Below are positions 1-9,942 of a stretch of DNA of 64,000 nucleotides, piece by piece (positions within the stretch are counted from its first letter, which is position 1; the number at the start of each line of letters is the position of its first letter). The notes below the pieces were generated by a model, which was not told the DNA's origin, searched no databases, and was given only the letters and a program-made list of their open reading frames with translations. The stretch comes from Candidatus Latescibacterota bacterium (GTDB taxonomy: Bacteria; Latescibacterota; UBA2968): positions 1,536,001 to 1,600,000 of the forward strand of contig OZ242010.1 in NCBI GenBank assembly GCA_965204745.1. Reading direction: 5' to 3'. Both the position numbers and the translations under genes were made by a program.

Positions 1-631
1 CATGTCGCCCACCCCAATCCCCGAAGACACCCAACGCATCTGTTCTGCCATCTACGCACAAACCAAAATGCACCAAGAAGACCTGGTGCTCAACATTGGC
101 CGTGCGTACAAAATCCCATCTATCGCCCTGCGCTACTTCAACATCCATGGCCCGCGACAATCGCTTTCCAATCCCTACACCGGCGTCAGCGCGATATTCA
201 TGAGCCGCCTCAAAAACGGCAACCGCCCCGTGCTCTACGAAGACGGCAAACAATTGCGCGATTGGAGCTCGGTTCACGACATCGTGCAGGCCAACATGCT
301 CGCCATGGAAAAATCCGATGGCGATTACCGCGCTTTCAATGTGGGCACCGGGATTGGCATCTCTATCGAACGCGTCGCCCTGACCCTGTCCAAAATCCTC
401 GGCCTCGAACACCTCACGCCCGACATCAACGGCACCTATCGCCACGGCGACACCCGCCACATCATTGCGGATATTTCAAAAATAAAAAAAACACTGGGCT
501 TTCAACCCAGTGTCAATTTTCAACGCGGCCTGGAAGAACTCGTCGCATGGGGCCGAAGCCGCACGGCCGCCGATGGCTTTGCAAAAGCACACCGCGAATT
601 GCAACAAAAAGGACTCATCGCCAGCAGATGA
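1..631 (+). CDS. NAD-dependent epimerase/dehydratase (extended SDR), 5' truncated by the window edge
   Basis: YxxxK motif (YAQTK), LRYFNIHGP, DGKQLRDW, FNVGTG, GDTRH. Confidence 0.85.
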   Translation, partial: MSPTPIPEDTQRICSAIYAQTKMHQEDLVLNIGRAYKIPSIALRYFNIHGPRQSLSNPYTGVSAIFMSRLKNGNRPVLYEDGKQLRDWSSVHDIVQANMLAMEKSDGDYRAFNVGTGIGISIERVALTLSKILGLEHLTPDINGTYRHGDTRHIIADISKIKKTLGFQPSVNFQRGLEELVAWGRSRTAADGFAKAHRELQQKGLIASR

Positions 632-659
632 AACTCCCTGGCCCGCGGCTGTATCTCCT

Positions 660-830
660 TTACAACGCCGGCGCGAATTGACGAGTGACAACCGGAACTC
701 GCTCTCGCGTCGTCATAACCCGGCGCAAGGTTGCGCGGATCTTTTCAGATCGGTCAACATCGCCGCGGATGGCGTAATACAGAGCCAAATAAGCCATCTG
801 GTGGCGTTTTTCCAGATCGATGCGCGTCAT
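660..830 (-). CDS. Small 56-aa hypothetical protein (MTRIDLEKRHQMAYLALYYAIRGDVDRSEKIRATLRRVMTTRERVPVVTRQFAPAL), below the ORF-track cutoff
   Basis: Manual translation; strong GAGGAGG RBS upstream of the ATG at 830; fills the gap before serS. Confidence 0.5.
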   Translation of the reverse strand: MTRIDLEKRHQMAYLALYYAIRGDVDRSEKIRATLRRVMTTRERVPVVTRQFAPAL

Positions 831-1124
831 CGTGATATCCCCTCCTCATGTGGGTTAGCGTTTCACTGTCGCCATCTGTATAAGCAAACCAAATGCCACT
901 TCTGTTGTCTGTTTATTGTTTCGCGCTTAATGACTGATTTCACGAGGGTTATTGCAAAATACGCATCCCGCATTTCCAAAACGCCTGTGGCGCGCTTGAA
1001 AATTTTGGTCAAAATAACGCCATCGCCTCCGACACATTGGCACATTTTTTTACTTTCGCGCCATCGTCTCACCCTCGCCCCTGCGGGTAGCCAATCTGAC
1101 ACACCTTTTTTTGGAGTACGGATT

Positions 1125-2408
1125 ATGCTCGACATCAACCTCATTCGCCAAAACCCCGGCCGCGTCGCCCGCGCCTTAAAAAAACGCCTGGACCACATAG
1201 ACTTTGCGGACCTGCTCGCCTGGGACGCAACGCGCCGCGCCCACATCGCAGAAGCCGGGCACCTGCGCGAAAAACGCAACAAAGTCTCCGCACAAATTCC
1301 CACCCTCAAAAAAGCCGGCGACGACATCGCCCCAGTGCAACGGGAAATGCGCGCCGTCTCGGCCCGCATCAAAACCCTCGAAACCGACTTGGCGGAAATC
1401 GAGCACCGCATCCACGCATTTCTCGAAGGGCTTCCCAATATCCCGGCCGACGACGTGCCGCGCGGAGGCAAGGAAAACAACCGTCCGATCCGCACTTGGG
1501 GCGAAAAACCCGCATCTGACTTCAACCCCAAAGATCACGTCGACCTCGTCACGGACCTCCGCCTGATCGACTACGAGCGCGGCGTCAAAATGGGGGGCAC
1601 CGGTTTCTGGCTCTACATCGGCGATGGCGCGCGCCTCGAATGGGCATTGCTCAACTACTTTATCGACAGCCACATCAGCGACGGCTACGAATTTGTCTTG
1701 CCCCCCCACATTCTCAACGAAGCCTGCGGGTTTGCCGCCGGGCAATTCCCCAAATTTGCCGACGATGTGTTTCACCTCAAAACAGACGCCGACAAAGTGC
1801 AATTCCTCTTGCCCACCTCTGAAACCGCGCTGATCAATTTTTACCGAGACGAGATCCTTTTGGAAGCGGACTTGCCCAAAAAATTCTTTGCGTACACGCC
1901 CTGCTATCGCAAGGAAGCGGGCAGTTACCGCACGCAGGAGCGGGGCATGATTCGCGGCCACCAGTTCAACAAAATCGAAATGTTCCAATTCACCCGTCCC
2001 GAAAATTCCGAAGCCGCGCTCGAAGAACTCATCGCCAAAGCCGAAAAACTCGTGCAGGGTCTCGGCTTGCACCACCGCGTCTCTCTGCTCGCCGCCCGAG
2101 ACGTCAGCGCGTCCATGGCCAAAACCTACGACATCGAAGTTTGGATTCCGAGCATGGGCGAATACAAGGAAGTCAGTTCCGCCTCCAATGCGGGCGACTA
2201 TCAGGCCAGACGCGGCCGCGTCCGGTTCAAACGCACGGAAACCGGCAAAAACGAGTTCGTCCACACCCTCAACGCCTCGGGCCTTGCCACCAGCCGCATC
2301 ATCCCCGCAATCGTCGAACAATGCCAAAACAGCGATGGCAGCGTCACCATCCCCCAAGTCTTGCGACCCTATATGGGCGGCAAAGAGGTGCTCGAACCGG
2401 TGAATTAG
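1125..2408 (+). CDS. serS: Serine--tRNA ligase
   Basis: MLDINLIR start with GGAG RBS; N-terminal coiled coil; PTSET, YRKEAGSY, RGHQFNKIE, EVSSAS, HTLNASGLA. Confidence 0.97.
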   Translation: MLDINLIRQNPGRVARALKKRLDHIDFADLLAWDATRRAHIAEAGHLREKRNKVSAQIPTLKKAGDDIAPVQREMRAVSARIKTLETDLAEIEHRIHAFLEGLPNIPADDVPRGGKENNRPIRTWGEKPASDFNPKDHVDLVTDLRLIDYERGVKMGGTGFWLYIGDGARLEWALLNYFIDSHISDGYEFVLPPHILNEACGFAAGQFPKFADDVFHLKTDADKVQFLLPTSETALINFYRDEILLEADLPKKFFAYTPCYRKEAGSYRTQERGMIRGHQFNKIEMFQFTRPENSEAALEELIAKAEKLVQGLGLHHRVSLLAARDVSASMAKTYDIEVWIPSMGEYKEVSSASNAGDYQARRGRVRFKRTETGKNEFVHTLNASGLATSRIIPAIVEQCQNSDGSVTIPQVLRPYMGGKEVLEPVN

Positions 2409-2463
2409 CCTCGCGCCGGAGGGGCGTCTCATTGTCGAAGAACCCAAATGAAAGGGGAACAGG

Positions 2464-2658
2464 ATGGTCGAAACAAAGACAGAAGAACGACTGACGCGGC
2501 TCGAAACCCAAATGGAAATGGTGATTTCGGAACTGCGGGAACTGCGGGCAGACATGCGAGGGATTCGGAGCGGGCAACGCTGGATCATAGGTACGCAAAT
2601 CACGATGTTCGTCGTGCTCGGAGGATTGATTTTTCAGGCGATTGCAAAAATGCAATGA
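2464..2658 (+). CDS. Small coiled-coil protein with C-terminal transmembrane helix (64 aa)
   Basis: ERLTRLETQMEMV coiled coil followed by WIIGTQITMFVVLGGLIF; purine-rich RBS. Confidence 0.6.
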   Translation: MVETKTEERLTRLETQMEMVISELRELRADMRGIRSGQRWIIGTQITMFVVLGGLIFQAIAKMQ

Positions 2659-2663
2659 GAAGC

Positions 2664-2702
2664 AAAAAAAAAGCCCGCCAGTTTTCTCGGCGGGCTTTTT
2701 TG
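2664..2702. terminator. Bidirectional intrinsic terminator
   Basis: A-tract, GCCCGCC...GGCGGGC stem, T-tract between convergent genes. Confidence 0.85.
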
Positions 2703-2716
2703 TGGACCATATCGAC

Positions 2717-2974
2717 CTACGACACCATCGCCAACTTTGGGCGATAACCAAGGGATTGCAACATCGCCTTGGCATCTTCCCACGTCAAGCCAAACGCCGC
2801 GACATCCGACACGCCCAGCCTTGCGACAATATCGCGCATCAACGCCAAATCATCGCCCACAAACTCGCCCTCCATCATCGCATCCTCGGCCCAAGACACG
2901 AGCGATTCAAGCGAGATTTGTCTATCGAGATAACGTTTCAGACGGTCCGCCAACACATCGTGCGTAATTTTCAT
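2717..2974 (-). CDS. Hypothetical 85-aa acidic helical protein (possible antitoxin or immunity partner)
   Basis: ATGA overlap with the upstream gene; GGAGG RBS. Confidence 0.65.
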   Translation of the reverse strand: MKITHDVLADRLKRYLDRQISLESLVSWAEDAMMEGEFVGDDLALMRDIVARLGVSDVAAFGLTWEDAKAMLQSLGYRPKLAMVS

Positions 2975-3228
2975 GATCGATCCTCCAAACGTCGGTGTCC
3001 CATATCCTCTAAAAATTTTAGATGAAATTCAACCATTTTTCCCTGTTCATCATAAATTTCTTGCCAAAAACGCACGGTTTCCTCCTCCTCATTCACCTCT
3101 TTGATATATCGAGCTTTCCAACCGCTTCGCCGACCCAACACATCATAAAAATAACGCCGACCACCATTTGGTAACGATTCCCACTGACCGAACTTGCGTT
3201 CATTTTCTCGTCTCTTTCGTTCATTCAT
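2971..3228 (-). CDS. Hypothetical 85-aa protein (possible toxin-like domain)
   Basis: MNERKRRENERKFGQW...; AT-richer than flanks; translationally coupled to 2717-2974. Confidence 0.65.
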   Translation of the reverse strand: MNERKRRENERKFGQWESLPNGGRRYFYDVLGRRSGWKARYIKEVNEEEETVRFWQEIYDEQGKMVEFHLKFLEDMGHRRLEDRS

Positions 3229-3309
3229 CAAAAGAATATGGCCTAAAAACACCAGTGAAGCAAGTTAGAAAGTAAAAGCCTTTTTGTTCCACAACCGCTT
3301 TGTGAATGC

Positions 3310-3338
3310 TTGACACCAAAAGCGTTTTCCCGTATTAT
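3310..3338 (+). promoter_or_regulatory. Sigma70-type promoter of tRNA-Met
   Basis: TTGACA-17 bp-TATTAT. Confidence 0.75.
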
Positions 3339-3358
3339 TGTTCACGCGGACATCAAGT

Positions 3359-3434
3359 GGCGGCATAGCTCAGTTGGGAGAGCAGTGGAATCATAATCCA
3401 TGGGTCGGGGGTTCGAGTCCCTCTGCCGCTACCA
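3359..3434 (+). tRNA. tRNA with CAT anticodon, probably elongator tRNA-Met
   Basis: Cloverleaf GGCGGCA...TGCCGCT-ACCA, GTTCGAGTC T-loop; G1-U72 pair and no three G-C pairs in the anticodon stem, so not initiator. Confidence 0.93.
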
Positions 3435-3441
3435 AAACGTG

Positions 3442-3482
3442 AAAAAGCACTTGCGACATTGCGATTTGTCACAGGTGCTTTT
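3442..3482 (+). terminator. Terminator after tRNA-Met
   Basis: AAAAGCAC...GTGCTTTT hairpin. Confidence 0.7.
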
Positions 3483-3579
3483 CGTTTTCCGTCTAAAAAT
3501 ATTTGCCAGCGGGTATCAAAATGATTGACAACCGCCCCGATATAAGGTACATAAAAATACGCACATGGGAGACTCGATC

Positions 3580-4914
3580 ATGAAATCCGCATTCACACTC
3601 ATCGCCCTCATCCTCGCACTCGGCTCGGCCGCTCGGGCAACGGAAGTCCACGTCGCCAAAATCAACGGCACAATCGAAGGCGGCGTCGCCGCTTTTGTCA
3701 CCCGCGTGATGAACGAAGCAGAAGCCGCAGGCACTGCCGCAGTCATCTTTGAAATCGACACCCCCGGCGGCGCCCTCGACGCGGCCCTCGACATTCGAGA
3801 CGCCATCCTTTACAGCGACGTCAAAACCGTCGCCTTTATCAACCCCCGCGCAATATCCGCAGGCGCGCTCATCTCGTTGGCGACCGACCACATCATCATG
3901 GCCGAAGGCGGCACCATCGGCGCGGCCACCGCCGTTGACATGCAGGGCAACAAAGCCAGCGAAAAAATCATCTCGTACTTCCGCAATGAAATGAAAGCCA
4001 CAGCCGAAAAAACCGGGCGATCCCCCAAATTGGCCGAGGCCATGGTCGACGAAGACGTCGATATCGAAGACCTAGCCCCCAAGGGCAAGTTGCTCACCCT
4101 CACCACGGAAGAAGCCGTGGAACACGGCATTGCGGACCACAAAATCGCCGAGAAAAACGAATCGGAAAAGCTCATCGCCGTGCTCAAACACTACGACCTC
4201 TTACATGCCAGCATCGTCCACCAATCGGTCACCTGGGCCGAACAAGCCGTGCGCTACCTCACCCACCCCTATCTCGCGTCGTTGCTCATGACCCTGGGCT
4301 TCCTCGGCCTGATCTTTGAAATCCAAAGCCCGGGCTGGGGCGTGGGCGGCACCGTCGGCTTGATCTGTCTGAGCTTGTTCTTCGGTAGCCACCTGCTCGT
4401 CAACCTGGCCAATTGGACGGAAATCCTCCTCTTTCTCCTCGGCATCGCGCTCATCTTCATCGACCTGTTCTTCATCCTGGGCTTTGGGTTGCTCGCCATA
4501 CCCGGCGCGCTCCTGATCCTGACCAGCTTATTCCTGAGCCTGATGGGCCGCTTTGAACTCTGGACTTGGGACGACATCAACGCCGTGCTCACCCCCATGG
4601 TCTTGTCCCTCGTCCTCACCAGCATCCTCGCCTTCTTCATCTTGCGCTCCCTGCCCGACTCCAGAATGTGGCGCCGCCTGGTGCTCGACACCGAAGAAAA
4701 AGCCTCTGAAGGATACGTCGCCTCCCCTTATGACGACCTCTTGGGCGCGTCTGGAACGGCATTCACGGACCTGCGTCCCGGGGGCACGGGCTTGTTCAAA
4801 AACCGCCGCATCAGCGTCTCCACCGAAGGCAATTTCTTGGACAAAGACACCCCCATCACCGTCGTGGAAGTCGAAGGTAGCCGCGTCATCGTGCGACAGG
4901 CCAAAGACGCATAA
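3580..4914 (+). CDS. nfeD: NfeD-family membrane-bound ClpP-class serine protease (YqeZ-like)
   Basis: Signal peptide, IDTPGG, AISAGA, TM region, C-terminal OB domain (LRPGG...VEGSRVIVR). Confidence 0.92.
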   Translation: MKSAFTLIALILALGSAARATEVHVAKINGTIEGGVAAFVTRVMNEAEAAGTAAVIFEIDTPGGALDAALDIRDAILYSDVKTVAFINPRAISAGALISLATDHIIMAEGGTIGAATAVDMQGNKASEKIISYFRNEMKATAEKTGRSPKLAEAMVDEDVDIEDLAPKGKLLTLTTEEAVEHGIADHKIAEKNESEKLIAVLKHYDLLHASIVHQSVTWAEQAVRYLTHPYLASLLMTLGFLGLIFEIQSPGWGVGGTVGLICLSLFFGSHLLVNLANWTEILLFLLGIALIFIDLFFILGFGLLAIPGALLILTSLFLSLMGRFELWTWDDINAVLTPMVLSLVLTSILAFFILRSLPDSRMWRRLVLDTEEKASEGYVASPYDDLLGASGTAFTDLRPGGTGLFKNRRISVSTEGNFLDKDTPITVVEVEGSRVIVRQAKDA

Positions 4915-4958
4915 CGCCCAAGGCTGTCGGACCACGCCCTTTTCACAAGGAGATTTTT

Positions 4959-5915
4959 ATGGAAGTCATTTTCGTTCTCTTCGCCGCTGTTGCCATTATT
5001 ATTCTGTTCTCGTTATTCTTGTATTTCATCCCAGTCGGGCTGTGGATTTCCGCCCTTGCCGCGCGCGTGCGGATCGGCATCGGCGAACTCATCGGCATGC
5101 GCTTGCGTCGCGTGCCCCCGCGCATCATCTTAGGCTCGCAGATCAACGCGACCAAAGCCGGCCTCGACATTCCCACCGCATTTCTCGAAGCCCACTACTT
5201 GGCCGGCGGCCACGTTGAAAACGTCGTCAACGCCCTCATCGCCGCCGACAAAGCGGGCATCGGCCTTACGCGCGAACGCGCCGCCGCCATCGACTTGGCC
5301 GGCCGAGACGTGCTCGAAGCCGTGCAAGTCAGCGTCAATCCCAAAGTCATCTCCACCCCGATGGTCACCGCGGTTGCCAAAGACGGCATCCAGGTCAAAG
5401 CCACGTCCCGCGTCACCGTGCGCGCCAACATCGAACGCTTGGTCGGCGGCGCGGGCGAAGAAACCATCATGGCGCGCGTGGGCGAGGGCATCGTCACCAC
5501 TATCGGCTCGTCAGAAACCCACAAAGACGTGCTCGAAAATCCCGACCTGATTTCCAAAACCGTGCTCGACAAGGGCCTCGACTCCGGCACGGCCTACGAA
5601 ATCCTCTCTATCGACATCGCGGACGTGGATGTGGGCGACAACATCGGCGCGAAACTCCAAACCGATCAGGCCGAAGCGGACAAAAACATCGCCCAAGCAC
5701 GCGCCGAAGAACGCCGCGCCATGGCCGTCGCACGCGAGCAAGAAATGCGCGCCACAGTGGTCGAAGCCGAAGCCGAAGTGCCCCGCGCCATGGCCGAAGC
5801 CTTCCGCAGCGGCAACCTCGGCATTATGGACTACTACCGCATGCGAAACATCGAAGCCGACACCCAAATGCGCGAAGGCATTGCCGGAGAAACCGAAGAC
5901 GAGGAGAACACCTAA
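4959..5915 (+). CDS. floA: Flotillin-like protein FloA (YqfA/UPF0365)
   Basis: [41 protein letters not shown]; follows nfeD. Confidence 0.95.
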   Translation: MEVIFVLFAAVAIIILFSLFLYFIPVGLWISALAARVRIGIGELIGMRLRRVPPRIILGSQINATKAGLDIPTAFLEAHYLAGGHVENVVNALIAADKAGIGLTRERAAAIDLAGRDVLEAVQVSVNPKVISTPMVTAVAKDGIQVKATSRVTVRANIERLVGGAGEETIMARVGEGIVTTIGSSETHKDVLENPDLISKTVLDKGLDSGTAYEILSIDIADVDVGDNIGAKLQTDQAEADKNIAQARAEERRAMAVAREQEMRATVVEAEAEVPRAMAEAFRSGNLGIMDYYRMRNIEADTQMREGIAGETEDEENT

Positions 5916-5918
5916 TCC

Positions 5919-6476
5919 ATGGATAAAGAAATCATCGCCATCATCATCGCCCTCTTCGCCCTTTTGTCCTCCCTGTTCAAAAAGTTGCGCGGCGAACGCG
6001 ACCCCGACGAATCCAAACTCCAGCGCAAGCGCCCGTCCCGCGCCGACAACGATCCCTTTGAAGACGCGGAGATCAACTTGCCGGACTGGAACACGCTCTT
6101 CGGTTCTCCCGATCCGGAACCCGAACCCGCGCCAAAACCGCCGTCGGAATTTCGAGAAGTGCGGGGCAAACGCCCGGTTTCCGAAGCAGATACAGGGCCT
6201 GAGTTTCGGGACGTGCAGGGCAAACGCCCGGTTGACGAAACCGACACCGGGCCGGAATTTCAGGAGATTCGCGGCAAGCGTCCGGTCTCTGACGCATCGT
6301 CCTACGTCGAGGGCCAAACCCCATTTGTCCGCGCAATCCAAACGCGCAACATCCGCCCCAAACGCAAACGCCGCTTCAAACTCGATTTTGAACCCACCAC
6401 GGTTCGCAAAGCCATCATCTACAATGAAATCATCGGCCCGCCACGCGCCGATACGGATCCCTTGAAAAATCCTTGA
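5919..6476 (+). CDS. YqfB-like protein with three 18-aa internal repeats
   Basis: Third gene of the nfeD-floA operon; N-terminal TM helix; C-terminal RKAIIYNEIIGPP. Confidence 0.7.
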   Translation: MDKEIIAIIIALFALLSSLFKKLRGERDPDESKLQRKRPSRADNDPFEDAEINLPDWNTLFGSPDPEPEPAPKPPSEFREVRGKRPVSEADTGPEFRDVQGKRPVDETDTGPEFQEIRGKRPVSDASSYVEGQTPFVRAIQTRNIRPKRKRRFKLDFEPTTVRKAIIYNEIIGPPRADTDPLKNP

Positions 6477-6501
6477 CACGCGAGGCGGGGTTTGACATAT
6501 T
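6473..6501 (+). promoter_or_regulatory. Probable promoter of tRNA-Leu
   Basis: TTGACA-17 bp-CATATT. Confidence 0.55.
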
Positions 6502-6522
6502 GTCAACCGCGGAACTTCAGGT

Positions 6523-6609
6523 GCCGAAGTGGTGGAATTGGTAGACGCGCTGGACTCAAAATCCAGTGGCCGCGAGGCCGTGTGGGTTCGAGTCCCACCT
6601 TCGGCACCA
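6523..6609 (+). tRNA. tRNA-Leu(CAA)
   Basis: GCCGAAG...CTTCGGC-ACCA; long variable arm; anticodon arm CTGGA-CTCAAAA-TCCAG. Confidence 0.96.
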
Positions 6610-6623
6610 CAAATCAAAAACTC

Positions 6624-6656
6624 AAAGCGGCTTCTTTCTTAGAAAGCCGCTTTTTT
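6624..6656 (+). terminator. Terminator after tRNA-Leu
   Basis: AAAGCGGCTT...AAGCCGCTTTTTT. Confidence 0.8.
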
Positions 6657-6677
6657 GTCATCCAAAGGAGGCTGGTT

Positions 6678-6983
6678 TTGACTTGCACAGTTGGAGACCA
6701 AGGCGAGATCGTCATCGAAAAGGAACTGCGCGACCAACTGGGCATAAGACCCGGTTGGATCGCATTGCAACGCTTGGTGGATAACCGCATAGAAATTCAA
6801 TTCACCCCGCCCGCGCACGACAAATCCCTGAAGGGTAGCCTTGCCGAGTACGCAACTGAAGACAACGCATTTGAAGATAAGGATTGGCAGAACATAAAGG
6901 AGAACGCCTGGGCAAAGGCGATTGAAGAAGAAGCCGATCAATCGAAGGCCGTAGCGTTTCAGAATTATTTTGACGGAGGCTAA
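6678..6983 (+). CDS. AbrB/MazE/SpoVT-family DNA-binding protein (antitoxin-like)
   Basis: TTG start after AAGGAGG; VGDQGEIVIEKELRDQLGIRPG is an AbrB-type signature. Confidence 0.75.
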   Translation: MTCTVGDQGEIVIEKELRDQLGIRPGWIALQRLVDNRIEIQFTPPAHDKSLKGSLAEYATEDNAFEDKDWQNIKENAWAKAIEEEADQSKAVAFQNYFDGG

Positions 6984-6984
6984 T

Positions 6985-8067
6985 ATGGCTCGAGCGACTT
7001 ATCGCATTGAGAAATTGCACGGCAAGCCGATAGTGGATGGGTACGACGTGCGGCGGCTCGGCATTGGCGCCGATCCCAATCGGTCGCGGTTTCGGGGCGA
7101 CGCGATGTTTCCCACCCTGGTTCAAATACCCGACTGGGTGCCCGCAACAGATCGGCCGCATCCGAGGGCGCGGTATTACCTCTACTTTGCATCGCACCAC
7201 GGGGCGAGCATCCACATGGCGTGGTCTGACCGCGTGGATTCACCCGAGTGGACCATTTTCAATGCCGGCAGATTGGATGATCCGCGCTTTCCCGGGCGCG
7301 GTGTCTTCGACCTGCGATTGGGGGTTGCCGAGACGATTGACGTGGTAGATGGCGTCGTATTGACCGGGCATGTCTCATCCCCCGAAGTGATCGTGGATAA
7401 CGAAAATCAGCACTTCGTCATGATCGTTCACGGCAAGAGCAACGCGAGCCAGCGATCCTTTGTGGCGACCTCAAAATCCGGCCTGAACTTCAATCGCCCC
7501 GAAGTGGGCGGCGAACCGGGCTATGGCCTGAAGCGGTTGGTCTTTGCAGATCGAAATTACCTCCGCGTATTTCAATACCGAGGCGCGTGGTACGGCTTTG
7601 GGCAGCGCGGCTATTTTTTGCGCCCCGCCGATCTCGCCCATCCCTGGGAATTGCCCCCGGGTTGGCATCCCCACCATCCCCTGTGGGTGTGCGCGGAAAC
7701 ATCGCCCATCGAAAAGGACCTCGTCTCGGCCGGGCTGGCCGGCGATCACCTGCCCAACGGAGGCTTGGGCATGCGGCACGGTTCTGTGCGGGTGCTGGAA
7801 GATGGCGAGACACTGGAAGCGTTTTACAGCCGCAAATGGGAAGTGCCCGAATACATCGTACGGTCGACAGCGGATTTGAGCGCGGGCAACTGGCAGACTT
7901 GGCAGACGAGTTACCCCCCGGAAGACATCCTCCGCGCCGAGGAAGACTGGGAGGGCGAAGTCGTGCATGACTCCTACTTGTTCCAAGTGGATGGCGCGCT
8001 GTACCTGTTTTACTCCTGCCGCGAAGAGGACGCCATCGCCGCAGCAAAGTTGACCACCGACCATTAA
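6985..8067 (+). CDS. Hypothetical protein, probable beta-propeller glycoside hydrolase-like
   Basis: YYLYFASHHG, HVSSPEV, HDSYLFQVDGALYLFYS blade-like motifs; GGAGG RBS. Confidence 0.6.
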   Translation: MARATYRIEKLHGKPIVDGYDVRRLGIGADPNRSRFRGDAMFPTLVQIPDWVPATDRPHPRARYYLYFASHHGASIHMAWSDRVDSPEWTIFNAGRLDDPRFPGRGVFDLRLGVAETIDVVDGVVLTGHVSSPEVIVDNENQHFVMIVHGKSNASQRSFVATSKSGLNFNRPEVGGEPGYGLKRLVFADRNYLRVFQYRGAWYGFGQRGYFLRPADLAHPWELPPGWHPHHPLWVCAETSPIEKDLVSAGLAGDHLPNGGLGMRHGSVRVLEDGETLEAFYSRKWEVPEYIVRSTADLSAGNWQTWQTSYPPEDILRAEEDWEGEVVHDSYLFQVDGALYLFYSCREEDAIAAAKLTTDH

Positions 8068-8084
8068 CCCACCGGAGGAATCCC

Positions 8085-9461
8085 ATGGCCGACCCACGTC
8101 CCAATATTCTCTACATCATGTCCGACGACCACACCGTGAACGCCATCGGGTCTTACAACGGCTGGCTGAATCGAGTCGTGGAGACGCCGAACATCGACCG
8201 CATTGCGCGCGAGGGCATGCGCTTTGACAACTGCATTTGCAACAATGCGCTGTGTTCCCCGAGCCGGGCGAGCATCATCACCGGGCAATACAGCCACAAA
8301 AACGGCGTGCTGCGCTTGAACCAACCGCTGGCAGACGATCACCCCAATTTCGTGCGGCAGTTGCAAGCCTCGGGGTACCAAACCGGCATTGCGGGCAAGT
8401 GGCATTTGGGATCCGATCCCGAGGGCTTTGACGACTGGGAAGTGTTGCCGGGGCAAGGCGCGTATTTCGACCCGTCATTTACGCGCAACAGCGAACCCAC
8501 GCAGTACCGAGGCTATGCCACGGACATCATTACGGACCTGTCCCTGAACTGGTTGAAAGCACGCGATCCCGACAAGCCCTTTTTGATGCTGTGCCACCAC
8601 AAAGCCCCGCATGGCTTGTGGGAATACGCGCCGCGGCATGCCCATCTGTTCGCCGATGGGGAGTTGCCCGAGCCGTCCAATCTTTACGCGCCCTTCAACA
8701 AAGTGTCCACCGCGTTGCAAAATCACCACCGAACCATGCTCTCACAGGCCGAGCGCATGGACGAGGGCGTGCGCGGCAAAGCCTGGCCCACCGGCCGGTT
8801 GGATACGACCGGGATGAGCGGTCATGAGAAAATCCACGCGGCCTACCAGAAGTACGTGAAGGATTATTTGCGCTGCATCGCGGCGATAGACGAAGGCGTG
8901 GGCCGGCTGTTGGATTATTTGGACGCAGAGGGCTTGACCGAAAATACGATTGTGGTCTATACGTCTGATCAGGGCATGTTCTTGGGCGAGCACAGTTATT
9001 TTGACAAGCGGTTGATCTTGGAAGAGTCGCTTCAAATGCCCTACGTCATGCGTTATCCCAAAGCCATAGCGCCGGGTTCGGTGAACGAGGATATCGTGGT
9101 GAATGTCGATTTCGGCCCGACTTACCTCGATTTCGCGGGATTAGACCCCGATGCGCGCATGCAAGGCCGCAGTTTTCGCCCCCTGTGCGAAGGCACAACG
9201 CCGGGCAACTGGCGGCAGTCGGCCTTCTATGCGTATTGGGACGGCCCGACCAAGCACTACGGCGTCCGCACCCAAAAATACACGCTGGCAGTCCACCGCA
9301 CCGGAGAACGGGATTTGTTCGATCTGGAGAAAGACCCGCAAGAAATGACCAGCGTCTATGACGACCCGGCCTACGCCGATGCGCGATCACGAGTCGAAGC
9401 CGACCTCGCCCGCCTCATCGCAGAAATCGACATCACCCCCGAACAACTGCCACGGGAATGA
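8085..9461 (+). CDS. Sulfatase (Cys-type, N-acetylglucosamine-6-sulfatase-like)
   Basis: PNILYIMSDDH, CSPSR, GKWHLG, HKAPH, SDQG. Confidence 0.93.
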   Translation: MADPRPNILYIMSDDHTVNAIGSYNGWLNRVVETPNIDRIAREGMRFDNCICNNALCSPSRASIITGQYSHKNGVLRLNQPLADDHPNFVRQLQASGYQTGIAGKWHLGSDPEGFDDWEVLPGQGAYFDPSFTRNSEPTQYRGYATDIITDLSLNWLKARDPDKPFLMLCHHKAPHGLWEYAPRHAHLFADGELPEPSNLYAPFNKVSTALQNHHRTMLSQAERMDEGVRGKAWPTGRLDTTGMSGHEKIHAAYQKYVKDYLRCIAAIDEGVGRLLDYLDAEGLTENTIVVYTSDQGMFLGEHSYFDKRLILEESLQMPYVMRYPKAIAPGSVNEDIVVNVDFGPTYLDFAGLDPDARMQGRSFRPLCEGTTPGNWRQSAFYAYWDGPTKHYGVRTQKYTLAVHRTGERDLFDLEKDPQEMTSVYDDPAYADARSRVEADLARLIAEIDITPEQLPRE

Positions 9462-9495
9462 TCCCGCGTTTGTTGTCACAACGAGGAGGCGCGAC

Positions 9496-9942
9496 GTGAA
9501 AAAGCGAGAAACACATGCCAATGGCCCGGTGTCCGATGTGTTGAGATTTATTACGCAGGATGATGTGCAGGTGGAGGAACTGCCGTGGGGGCCGCACGAG
9601 TGGATCAGTCGGGAGGGCTTGACCCAAGCGGAACACCTGTTGCTGGTGCGCGTGACAATGCCGCCGGGCAAAGCGCACAAATTTCATCGCCACCCGCACA
9701 TGGAAGAAATTATTTACGTGATTTCGGGACACGCGGAACAATGGGTACATAAGACCGCGCAATGCCTCGGCCCGGGCGATGCCGCGCATATTCCAATGGA
9801 TGTGGTGCATGGAACGTACAATGCGGGCGACGAAAATCTGGTCTTTCTGGCGATCTTGTCGCCCGCAAAATCCACTGGCCCCACACTGATCGATGTATCA
9901 AACGATGAACCTTGGGTCAATGTGCGTGAGGGCTTTATATGA
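9496..9942 (+). CDS. Cupin domain protein
   Basis: GTG start after GAGGAGG; HRHPHMEEIIYVISG and PGDAAHIPMDVVH. Confidence 0.85.
   Translation: MKKRETHANGPVSDVLRFITQDDVQVEELPWGPHEWISREGLTQAEHLLLVRVTMPPGKAHKFHRHPHMEEIIYVISGHAEQWVHKTAQCLGPGDAAHIPMDVVHGTYNAGDENLVFLAILSPAKSTGPTLIDVSNDEPWVNVREGFI

Noticed and set aside
510-1124. 205-aa N-terminal extension of SerS in the ORF track
   Set aside because: The canonical start MLDINLIR with an RBS is at 1125; the extension looks non-coding and overlaps other ORFs
1176-2603. Long antisense ORFs here and opposite aspC, pnkp, mutY and glgB
   Set aside because: Shadow frames expected in GC-rich coding DNA; no motifs
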